Shown here piece by piece: positions 10,075 to 18,311 of a stretch of DNA of 64,000 bases. The stretch's first letter is position 1. Each line of letters starts with the position of its first letter. The stretch covers positions 170,320 to 234,319 of the forward strand of contig OZ241742.1 in NCBI GenBank assembly GCA_965200955.1, written 5' to 3'. Both the position numbers and the translations under genes were made by a program. The DNA is from Rhodothermales bacterium. Lineage in GTDB: Bacteria > Bacteroidota > Rhodothermia > Rhodothermales > Bin80. The notes below the pieces were generated by a model. That model made no database searches. It worked only from the letters and a program-made list of their open reading frames with translations, and had not been told where the DNA came from.

Positions 10075-11469
10075 TTAATTGCCATAGCGAGTATTATTAT
10101 TAACAAGTAAACTTTTATCTCCTGATCCCATGTAACGTTCAAGTAATGGGTGAGGGCCTTGTTCATCCATTGTATTTTCGTAGCATCCATGCACCAACCG
10201 AAATCTCTGCGTAGAAAATTGACCATTAGAATCTATTCTGAAATGGTGAACTCGGGCCATAAAATCATTAAATGTCATGCATGCAGCTTGCATATTCAAG
10301 GAGATCACAGCTGGCTGTTGCTCTCCCACACTGGTCAAGTATCCATTCTCAAGTTGTTGATCATAATACTCAGGATCTAATCGCTTCCAGTTTTCGGCGG
10401 TAACTTGAGACATAGTATATGCTCCACGAGATAATAAGCTTCCACCTTCAGGATAAGTATAGTGTGTAACTGCATCAGCGACTGTAATGCACCCATTGCC
10501 ATCAGCCTCTAAATGCACTCCTGTATCAAAATAAGGAATCAGGTATGCACTCGCTATACAATCTAAATGATAACGACCAAATGCCGTGTCCACACATCCA
10601 AAAATCACATCGCAGTCAATTAAGGCATCTTTAACATCTGGGCAGTCGGTCAATCCACAATAGGTATCAACCTTTGTCCCCGTGCCAATATTTTTAATAG
10701 CCCGTGCAATTGAAGAAACCTTAGATCGTTGACTTTTGGCATCATCTACGGTGCTGTTGATAATTCGATTTAAATTTTTCTCCTCTATGAGATCGTCATC
10801 AACGATCACTAATTCGCCGACACAATTACGAACGAGGAGTTCAATCAGGATACTACCAGTGCCTGAACAACCAATCACCCCCACCCGTAGTGACTGCAAT
10901 AGATTCAATGTCCCCTGACCAAAAATCTGGGAGAGATGATCTCTGTACTCCGCCTGTTGATGATCTTGGTTTAGTTTCCAGATGCAAATATTTTCTCCAA
11001 CCACAGATACAGCTGGCATTTGATTAAATGTTCCTTGCACATCTACTGTACGTGCTGTAATACGGCCATCTGGTAAAGCAATTGCTGACCCATTCAAGCG
11101 TCCATCATCAAACCAATTACATATTGATGAAAATAACCTTTGATCATTATGATCGTCAACCTCTGAAAACTCAGTACAACCACTTGGATGGGAGTGAATG
11201 ATGATAATGGACTGACCATTTTGATCTATCTCGCTGATCCTTTGAGGAGTGAAGAAGTCTTCCACTGGCCACGAGATGAAATCTTGTTTTCTGTCTGAGA
11301 GAGATCCTGATGGGTAAATGATGTCAGAGACGATCAGACGTTGGTATAGCTTGCCTGAGCCCTGATTGCATAACAAAATTGCTACCGCTTCCAGATTATC
11401 CCCTGGAAAAAGATGAGATATGATAGCGGTGTACTTGCTATCATTCATACTTAGTATAGCCCTCTTCAT
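10075..11469 (-). CDS. JAB/JAMM metallopeptidase fused to ThiF/E1-like adenylyltransferase
   Basis: N-terminal domain has an upstream Glu (NLEAVAIL) and HSHPSGCTEFSEVD, which is exactly H-x-H-x7-S-x2-D. C-terminal domain has the Rossmann motif VGVIGCSGTGSILIELLVRNCVGELVIVDDDLIEEKNLNRI typical of E1/ThiF/MoeB enzymes. The start overlaps the upstream stop as ATGA. Confidence 0.8.
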   Translation of the reverse strand: MKRAILSMNDSKYTAIISHLFPGDNLEAVAILLCNQGSGKLYQRLIVSDIIYPSGSLSDRKQDFISWPVEDFFTPQRISEIDQNGQSIIIIHSHPSGCTEFSEVDDHNDQRLFSSICNWFDDGRLNGSAIALPDGRITARTVDVQGTFNQMPAVSVVGENICIWKLNQDHQQAEYRDHLSQIFGQGTLNLLQSLRVGVIGCSGTGSILIELLVRNCVGELVIVDDDLIEEKNLNRIINSTVDDAKSQRSKVSSIARAIKNIGTGTKVDTYCGLTDCPDVKDALIDCDVIFGCVDTAFGRYHLDCIASAYLIPYFDTGVHLEADGNGCITVADAVTHYTYPEGGSLLSRGAYTMSQVTAENWKRLDPEYYDQQLENGYLTSVGEQQPAVISLNMQAACMTFNDFMARVHHFRIDSNGQFSTQRFRLVHGCYENTMDEQGPHPLLERYMGSGDKSLLVNNNTRYGN

Positions 11470-12572
11470 TTGAGGACTTCACGGTGGAGCATATTCACAA
11501 CAAATTCAATATGCCGTGCTATAGAATCATGTCCAGATTTCCAGTCATAATGGCGAGACCAACGTTGCCACTCCTTGCCGAAATGAGTTTCTGAACTTAA
11601 ACTTGATATGGGTGAGCCATCCATTTTTTCAAGTGGATGCCAGAAGTAAAACATGTCTAGTGCTGATCCTGGGTAACCTATCGGAACGAGAATCATCAAA
11701 GTAGATTTTCTATAAATGTAACCTTTGGGAAGCGGAAATTCCTTAATGATCAGACCATACTTTGCGTTACCCTCCATCTTTTTTGACCACCTTGATGGAT
11801 AATGTTGATCTAAGTATTGGATATCTTCAGGTAAGAATCCAAATGTGTATGGTCTGCCGTACTGTGCCTGTTTAGGAACCGTTTCAAATCGTTCTATACC
11901 ACAGTGAGATAGATTGATTTGATCATCTGTTGCAACCCTTTCCCGTTTACCACCATGCCATTTCTTATTTAGAGACCATTCATCGGTACGCTTTTCCGCC
12001 AATGCCAGAATTTCAGCACCCGAAAGCGTATCAGAGTCTACGACATGTTGAGTGGTGTCAATACGGATACAGTATGAATAGCCCCGCGGAGGTTTACGAT
12101 TGTGCTTTCCGCATTCTTCATGATCGATCACATCTTCCAAGCTGGGAGGGATGACAAAGTAGGAGTCCTGTTCCTGGATGATGATTGTCATATCATCTGA
12201 GATCTCAACATCTACCTCACCATGAGACTCTATAAACAAACGCCCTTCAGGAAAAGTGGAGTCAAATTTCTTGAGTTCTTTTCCTGTAATTTTGACCGAA
12301 TCAATCACTATGTTACGAGCACTATTGAATACTGGCCTCACCTCATTGCATTGAGATGATACTTCCTCATTGATATCCTTTTTTGTCTTTAACACCTCCC
12401 CCCCATGAACACAGAGATATTCGCCAATCATCAAGGGAATCTCCAAATCGTTGTATCTGACTAAAAAGAGTTGCATATTCCCACAATCTGCAAGTTCATA
12501 GAGATCTGTAATCTCAATTAAGCCACTGGGGAGTGAGTGATCTTTCCCATCAATTTGGATCAGAGTTTGCAT
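11466..12572 (-). CDS. Multi-ubiquitin-like (tandem beta-grasp) protein fused to a cysteine-less E2/UBC-like domain (Prok-E2_E-like)
   Basis: 368 aa. Three beta-grasp-like modules at approximately res 1-65, 78-145 and 165-239. The third reads YCIRIDTTQHVVDSDTLSGAEILALA...INLSHCGIERFETVPKQAQYG. The C-terminal ~130 aa (LPKGYIYRKSTLMILVPIGYPGSALDMFYFWHP) resemble an E2 fold. Assignment is from memory of the Aravind-group families, not from an HMM. Confidence 0.6.
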   Translation of the reverse strand: MQTLIQIDGKDHSLPSGLIEITDLYELADCGNMQLFLVRYNDLEIPLMIGEYLCVHGGEVLKTKKDINEEVSSQCNEVRPVFNSARNIVIDSVKITGKELKKFDSTFPEGRLFIESHGEVDVEISDDMTIIIQEQDSYFVIPPSLEDVIDHEECGKHNRKPPRGYSYCIRIDTTQHVVDSDTLSGAEILALAEKRTDEWSLNKKWHGGKRERVATDDQINLSHCGIERFETVPKQAQYGRPYTFGFLPEDIQYLDQHYPSRWSKKMEGNAKYGLIIKEFPLPKGYIYRKSTLMILVPIGYPGSALDMFYFWHPLEKMDGSPISSLSSETHFGKEWQRWSRHYDWKSGHDSIARHIEFVVNMLHREVLK

Positions 12573-12722
12573 ATCCTTATTCGGATCGTACGCGGAGGGT
12601 TGTCAAATATACGTAACGAACTCAATTGTTTTGTCTCAACTCATTCCGGCTATGATGCACCAATATAGTGAGTCAAGTTTTGAACATATTTTCATGAATA
12701 CCATCAACGCTAAATGTGATCC

Positions 12723-13676
12723 CTAATGATGAATGTTCAAGGTGTTGACGGCTTCAACAACCTGATCGTGGACGATACCATTGGTTGCAATGATTCCTAT
12801 GTTATGTTCTAACCGTTTACCACGACTGAAATCAAGTTGATTTCCTTTGCAGTCGGTCACCTTTCCACCCGCTTCTGAGAGTAACAGTGCTCCTGCTGCA
12901 TGATCCCAGATTCGTTCTACATAGCCATTACCAAGGGGGAGGCGCATATAGATGTCTGCATCACCGCTCGCTACTACTGCGTACTTTGCCTGACTGTCTA
13001 ATTGAACGCGGTCGGATGTGATCCCTAAATCTCGTGCAACCTTTTGGATGTCTCCAAGAGCGGTATGTCCAGATTCTACACTTTGACAAATTCTTGCCTT
13101 AGAAACATCGGAAATTTCAGTTACTTGAATACGATGTTGTCCGTGAGTTGCCCCAAGTCCTTTGGCTACCAAAAAAACATCATCACTCATATTGGGACAA
13201 GCAAGTCCTCCAACCACTACCTTCCCACCTTCTATCAATGCCAAGGCCACTGCATACTGCCCTCCTCGTAAAAAGCCTTTGGTCCCATCAATAGGATCCA
13301 ATGTCCAAAAACGATCAGAATAATGCTCAGCATTACCATAGTCAATCCATTTCAGGGCCGCCTCTAACAGGGTTCCAGGGCGAACTGCATCAAGATGCAT
13401 TCCTAATGTATTGCGAAGATCTGTCTGTTCTTCAGCACGCAACAGAGTGCTGTCTTCTTCGGCAATAATGGGATCATCAGGAAAGGCTTCGCGAAGTGTT
13501 CGACATACCAGTGCCTGACTTCCAAAATCTGCAATGGTGACGGGGCTCTTGTCTCCTTTAATCATTGCCTGTCGATCTTGCACAGAATGACATAACCGAG
13601 CTGCCTCGTGAAGAGCTTGCTTCACGGCATCCAATTCTTTTTCGTACATATTACTACTCATTCTCAATTGATACAA
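12723..13676 (-). CDS. 3'(2'),5'-bisphosphate nucleotidase / inositol monophosphatase family
   Basis: Motifs IIAEEDS, WTLDPIDGTKGFL and WDHAAGALL. An alternative start at the Met at 13649 would remove the 23-nt overlap with the upstream gene. Confidence 0.85.
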   Translation of the reverse strand: MYQLRMSSNMYEKELDAVKQALHEAARLCHSVQDRQAMIKGDKSPVTIADFGSQALVCRTLREAFPDDPIIAEEDSTLLRAEEQTDLRNTLGMHLDAVRPGTLLEAALKWIDYGNAEHYSDRFWTLDPIDGTKGFLRGGQYAVALALIEGGKVVVGGLACPNMSDDVFLVAKGLGATHGQHRIQVTEISDVSKARICQSVESGHTALGDIQKVARDLGITSDRVQLDSQAKYAVVASGDADIYMRLPLGNGYVERIWDHAAGALLLSEAGGKVTDCKGNQLDFSRGKRLEHNIGIIATNGIVHDQVVEAVNTLNIHH

Positions 13677-14124
13677 TCATGGTTTCAAATGATGGAATCT
13701 GATCTAAAAAATGGTAGCTTTGTAGAGACTGATCCACCTGACAACAGTAGTGTTGCATACCATTAGTAACCACGAGATATGGAACTTTCAATCCTAAATT
13801 ATAATACCCTACTTGATTGAAAACGCCCTGTCCTAATTGAACGGATGATCTTTTACACTCTACCACCAATATTGGTACAACTTGACGATTATAGACAACA
13901 ATGTCAGCCCTATACTGGCGTTCACGAATTGGAATGCTAACCTCAATATCAATGAGTCCACGCGGGACATTTAAATGGCTCATCATGTATTGTACAAAAT
14001 GCTGACGTACCCATTCTTCGGGCGTTAGAGTAACAAAACGTTTCCGTATAGGATCCAGAATCACAACGCGTCCATTGTGGTTACGGAGTTCGTAGTCATA
14101 AGCTGGCAGGTTCAACTGCTCCAT
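13654..14124 (-). CDS. Small HsdR-N-terminal-like (PD-(D/E)XK) domain protein
   Basis: 156 aa. TPEEWVRQHFVQYM..., RADIVVYNRQ..PILVVECKR (D...E-x-K core), then VVTNG. This is the pattern of the ~150-aa HsdR_N-domain proteins common in Bacteroidota. Confidence 0.7.
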   Translation of the reverse strand: MEQLNLPAYDYELRNHNGRVVILDPIRKRFVTLTPEEWVRQHFVQYMMSHLNVPRGLIDIEVSIPIRERQYRADIVVYNRQVVPILVVECKRSSVQLGQGVFNQVGYYNLGLKVPYLVVTNGMQHYCCQVDQSLQSYHFLDQIPSFETMIVSIENE

Positions 14125-14177
14125 ATCTTCAAACGAATTGGTGGATCAAATTCTCCATCTAATGGTTAGCACTGTCA

Positions 14178-14251
<74 letters not shown>

Positions 14252-14797
14252 CAGTTAGCATGTCAGTTTCTATATTTTCCAGATCCCGTCTGGTCTCCCC
14301 TCTAATGATTACTGTCTTCAAAGGACCCATTATACTCACCCATCCTTATACTGTTAATATAACTCTACTGTACAACCTTGTAACGAGCTCAGAATTCAAA
14401 TCAATTACCCGAAACCATCATTTTTCTTGAATTCCACGATTCTATGGATGCATTTAGACGGTTGAAACCTCATCAATTCCTTTATCTACTGGTCATCAAC
14501 CTTCAACAAGGTTCTACTCAGAGTCCAATAAAAACGTGACAAAAATGACAATTTCCCGAGGTGAATGTCTGTAAAAATCAATTTGATGATTTCGTATTTT
14601 AGAATAGTGTGGTATTTTGTTGATTCCCCTAAAAAGCGTATTTTATCAATAGTGATGCTTTCATAGATCTCTCAGGATAACATCAGTCATGTAGTTATCT
14701 CCAAGATTTACAACAGATGATCCAAATCCATTGATCAATCATCCCGGTTGGAATGAATCGCATACGACTTTTTTGAACTTTCATTAACTACATTTAA

Positions 14798-15082
14798 ATG
14801 AGTGAAGAAAAAACCGATGTTGACCAGATGGAATTCTGGGAAGAAGTCGCCATCAAGATTGACGAAAAGTATACACTTCACGCCTATATGGAATCGTGGA
14901 AGGGATTAACCTTAGATAACATGATTCAACGCACATACAAAGGTATGGAGACCAAGCCCATACTGGATTCTTGGGGCCGCCATTATCTTGTTCAATGCAT
15001 GAGGCGGTGGGGATGGGAGCCAATAAAAGGCACCCAAGGTTTATGGCGCAAGAAAAAGAAAGGATTTCGCCCTGATGATTGA
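14798..15082 (+). CDS. Hypothetical small protein (94 aa, Trp/Lys-rich)
   Basis: Only an isolated ORF of non-repetitive composition in an otherwise ORF-free stretch. No recognisable motif. Confidence 0.3.
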   Translation: MSEEKTDVDQMEFWEEVAIKIDEKYTLHAYMESWKGLTLDNMIQRTYKGMETKPILDSWGRHYLVQCMRRWGWEPIKGTQGLWRKKKKGFRPDD

Positions 15083-15748
15083 TCGCTGAGTTTTAAGCTA
15101 CTACGCCGACGCTCTTAGCCTTTCACAGCATCCTTCCCATACAGTGGATATATTCCTTCTAACATGGATCTCATAAAAAGAGGCACATAAGCTGATCTGT
15201 AATTCACTTCTGGAGGGGAAAGCGAATTGAGGGTGGTATTTCCCCTCCGGATCATTGTGTCAGGTATTTCGGTAGGTGGCTTAGACTGAAAAGTCAATCT
15301 TTGTAGCGTCTTTACAATCTTGATCGTGTTCATGCTTCCCTTTATCATGTTTTGAGTAATCTGACTGGATGAGACCGGACATCCACGGTTTCGGTGGCGA
15401 AAAGATTCACAAATTGACCATCTCAGAGGCACGCCAATCAGGAGCGGTGTCTTTGACGCTTGTCTTTCCATGACCCAGGCATAGGCGAACTTGCGGTTGA
15501 TCATATAGTCGTAGGCCTCAGCTTAATGCCTTTAGCATGATGTGGTCGTTGATGATAATGGTTGACTTGTCTATCGCCCCCATTTTGGGGTGTACCATCT
15601 TCGCTATCTTGACTCAACCCGAATGAGAAACGACACAATCTTGATGATAGCCCGATGATAGCCCCCTTGACACGGGTGCAACACCGCAGGTAGAACCAAA
15701 TACATACTATTTGGTTGACTAACCCATTCATGCTCCCATTGTGCACTC

Positions 15749-16873
15749 ATGTTTCGCAACAAAAAATCCAAATTTGAGACGCCCACAGGCGATCGAGGCA
15801 GAACGCCGTATTTTCATGGACGATCTAAAATCATGCATAAATTCGATCGCATCCTGACCTCGGCGGTCGCTACACGCGAGGGGACAATTCAACTCATCCA
15901 GGGTGCACCTGGTGCGGGGAAGACAGCACTGGTTGATCAGATGGAAAAGCTGGCTAAGAGTCGAGGCTGGAAATCCGTAGAGATTGACCCACAGGCACTT
16001 TGGGATGTTAAGGCACTGCGAGAATTCTTCCCAGATAAGAATATATTTCGTAAAATTACTGCTAAGTTTACGGATGAATCAAGTTCAATCTCCGTTGGCA
16101 TAGATATTGAATGGTCTACACAAAACATTCGTAAAATACTGCGTTCGGGGAGTCGCCGCCCACTTCTACTCATCCTGGACGAGGCACAAATGCTTGGTTC
16201 ATCAGGCAAGCCCGTAGGGGCACAGGCGATGGTTGCATCCAGCGTGTTAAAAGCAATTCATAATGGGAAGATGCGTGCTCCCATTATGCTGATTGCTGCG
16301 GGCCTGAGAACAACTCTAACATCTTTACAGGCGTTGGATGTATCGCGATTTGGGGAGAGGAACAAGGCGAGTCTGGGAGAGCTGAGTGAAGAGTCAGCCC
16401 GAGCAGTGATTCAAGACTGGATCGTCAAAGGTGGATCAGCCAAGGGCGATCCTACCGAATGGATAGATGCACTCTACAAGGAAACAGATAGATGGCCTCG
16501 GCATGTCCATTCATATGCAAGGATCGCTTCAATCTATCTGGAAAAACATAGCGGTATGATGACCCGTGAGGGGCTGGAGAAGGTGATAGAAAAGGGACGA
16601 CGTAGGCGCATAGGGTACTATGAGCAACGCGTAGAGGGCTTCTTTGTTGATGAGATTAGACATGTGGCACGAATCTTATCTGACCTTCCTGCAGGCAAAC
16701 CATTTGACCGACTTAACATGATTAACAGGCTATCCGAGATCTATGGCGAAGAGGCATCCCAAGAACTTTTTGATCGGTTACTTGAGAAAGGCATTGTTGA
16801 ATCCCATCAATTGGAAGGATACCATATACCAATACCCTCACTACACACATGGATTGTTGAGTCGATCGTCTAG
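15749..16873 (+). CDS. AAA ATPase (AAA_16/AAA_22-like, ORC/STAND-type N-terminus)
   Basis: PYFHGRSKIMHKFDRIL (the F-x-GR-x-x-x lead-in common in AAA_16 proteins), Walker A QGAPGAGKTALV, Walker B LLLILDEAQML. 374 aa. A decayed paralog lies at 1517-2119. Confidence 0.75.
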   Translation: MFRNKKSKFETPTGDRGRTPYFHGRSKIMHKFDRILTSAVATREGTIQLIQGAPGAGKTALVDQMEKLAKSRGWKSVEIDPQALWDVKALREFFPDKNIFRKITAKFTDESSSISVGIDIEWSTQNIRKILRSGSRRPLLLILDEAQMLGSSGKPVGAQAMVASSVLKAIHNGKMRAPIMLIAAGLRTTLTSLQALDVSRFGERNKASLGELSEESARAVIQDWIVKGGSAKGDPTEWIDALYKETDRWPRHVHSYARIASIYLEKHSGMMTREGLEKVIEKGRRRRIGYYEQRVEGFFVDEIRHVARILSDLPAGKPFDRLNMINRLSEIYGEEASQELFDRLLEKGIVESHQLEGYHIPIPSLHTWIVESIV

Positions 16874-17650
16874 GACAAGGAGGCGAGAAAGGGGTAAGAC
16901 AAATCCAACAGAACGCTTCCCAGTGGGCAATCACTCGACCATCTTAAAAGTCCACCCCCAGAAAAGCATAGATCTCCCGAAAAAAAGAAAAAGAAGTACA
17001 GGCGACGAGGCGGCTCAGATCAAGAGCGATAGTAGCGCTCCCTCCCTACCCCGTTCCTACTACTCCATTCATGCGACCCAATCTGCTACATAGTACAGTT
17101 TGTCATATCATTCCCAATGAAAATCGAGTGCAGGTCATTATCTATCTTTCCACTTGTTTGATCTGAACAAAGCATTGATTTGTAATCAGCACCCCTGCTG
17201 ATTTGCTGTATCATTTGCACGGAGGGAGCATTTCTCCACATCCTATCTCGTTTTCTGTCCATTCATCACCGTCAGAATCCATGCGACATGAATGGAGTGT
17301 TATCTATAAAAAATGCCTAAACTTCCTTCTATTTTAGAATAAATATTGATCGGACTTCCTAAAATCGGGCCACTCCCAAATAAGTATTCATCTTGTAGAA
17401 GAAATGATTGTTCGTGAAATACTCGTTCTTGACTCAGTCCAGCTACAACTAGTCTCAGGCGAACTGCCGGATCAACTTCAGAAATCAATGACTACACAAA
17501 GATCCCAAACTCACGAACATCATCCCTAACAACAGATATTGAATCGATCGGGTGTATATTAATCAAGCTAACTCGGAGGAAGATCAGGGAGAGTGTGAGA
17601 TGGATCATGATGAGATTCGGTCAATGTGTGACATAGATTCATGCACATAA

Positions 17651-17684
17651 TCAGCGTTACCATGCAAACTGGGCTCACTTATGG
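17651..17684. repeat. IR-a, cassette copy: 34-bp perfect inverted repeat of 18918-18951
   Basis: tcagcgttaccatgcaaactgggctcacttatgg equals the reverse complement of 18918-18951, checked base by base. Confidence 0.95.
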
Positions 17685-17827
17685 CTGATAGATTCTCACA
17701 ATGGATTTGGCTCCATCCCACCCGTTGATGTTAAACAATTTAGTGCAGTAAAACAACATTTAGATCAGTATTGGGATAAACTATCAAATCGGCTTGATAA
17801 GGGAAATACTCCATATAATCTACGTAA

Positions 17828-17902
17828 TTGTGCTTATCACGATATTTTTTCTCAGGAAAAGTTGTTTTGGATTACTCTCAGTACTCAGGGAAGATTTGCC
17901 TA
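17828..17902. repeat. IR-b, cassette copy: 75-bp perfect inverted repeat of 18673-18747
   Basis: ttgtgcttatcacgatattttttctcaggaaaagttgttttggattactctcagtactcagggaagatttgccta equals the reverse complement of 18673-18747, checked base by base. It extends 9 more nt with one mismatch. Confidence 0.95.
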
Positions 17903-18311
17903 CTGCAACCAACCAGAATTTTTCTGCGTGGATAGTGCGTTTATTCTAACGGGTGAACATTCTAAGATACTTAGTGCTCTATTAAATTCAAGTCTGATTC
18001 AGTGGTTTATCACATACAGTGCACCAACTTCAGGAATGGGTGTCTTGCAGTGGAAGAAAACGTACCTACAAGAAATTCCAGTACCATTAAATATTGGGGA
18101 AAGACAGCCGCTCATAGCATTGATTGACCAAATTCTTAGACTGAAAGATGAAAATCCAAATTCGGACATATCTTCAATTGAATCAGAAATAGACAATGAG
18201 ATATTTAATTTATTTGAACTTACATCACCGGAGAGAAACCTCATAACTCAAATACATTGAGTAGTCCGCCGATAGAAATTATGTATTTCAACTAACCTGA
18301 AAATCGTGGTA

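Larger units (their letters stand above)
17637..18260 (+). other. Promoterless, inverted, in-frame partial copy of the methyltransferase C-terminal specificity region (candidate silent shufflon cassette)
   Basis: The frame is open from 17637 to the stop at 18258-18260. It reads QRYHANWAHLWLIDSHNGFGSIPPVDVKQF...CAYHDIFSQEKLFWITLSTQGRFAYCNQPEFFCVDSAFILTGEH...SAPTSGMGVLQWKK... This is collinear with residues ~990-1192 of the 18312-21890 product (QRYHANWAHLWIITTF...CAYHDIFSQEKLFWITLSTQGRFAYCNQSEFFVSNSAYVLSGRA...TAPTSGMGETQWLK). It has no N-terminal 990 codons and lies tail-to-tail, 51 bp from the active gene's stop. Confidence 0.8.

Noticed and set aside
15115-15746. Two minus-strand ORFs (81 and 129 aa) joined by an ATGA overlap. 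The first ends VNHYHQRPHHAKGIKLRP, reminiscent of the Y-N-x-x-RPH-x-x-LG-x-x-TP tail of rve-type DDE transposases.
   Set aside because: The match is too short and degenerate to call. No DDE core is present. The first ORF abuts the start codon of the + strand ATPase gene. At most it is a transposase remnant, and it is not listed as a feature.
16743-17093. 116-aa ORF overlapping the 3' end of the AAA ATPase gene and extending downstream.
   Set aside because: It is low-complexity and basic (KKRKRS, RRRERG), overlaps a well-supported gene in another frame, and has no motif.
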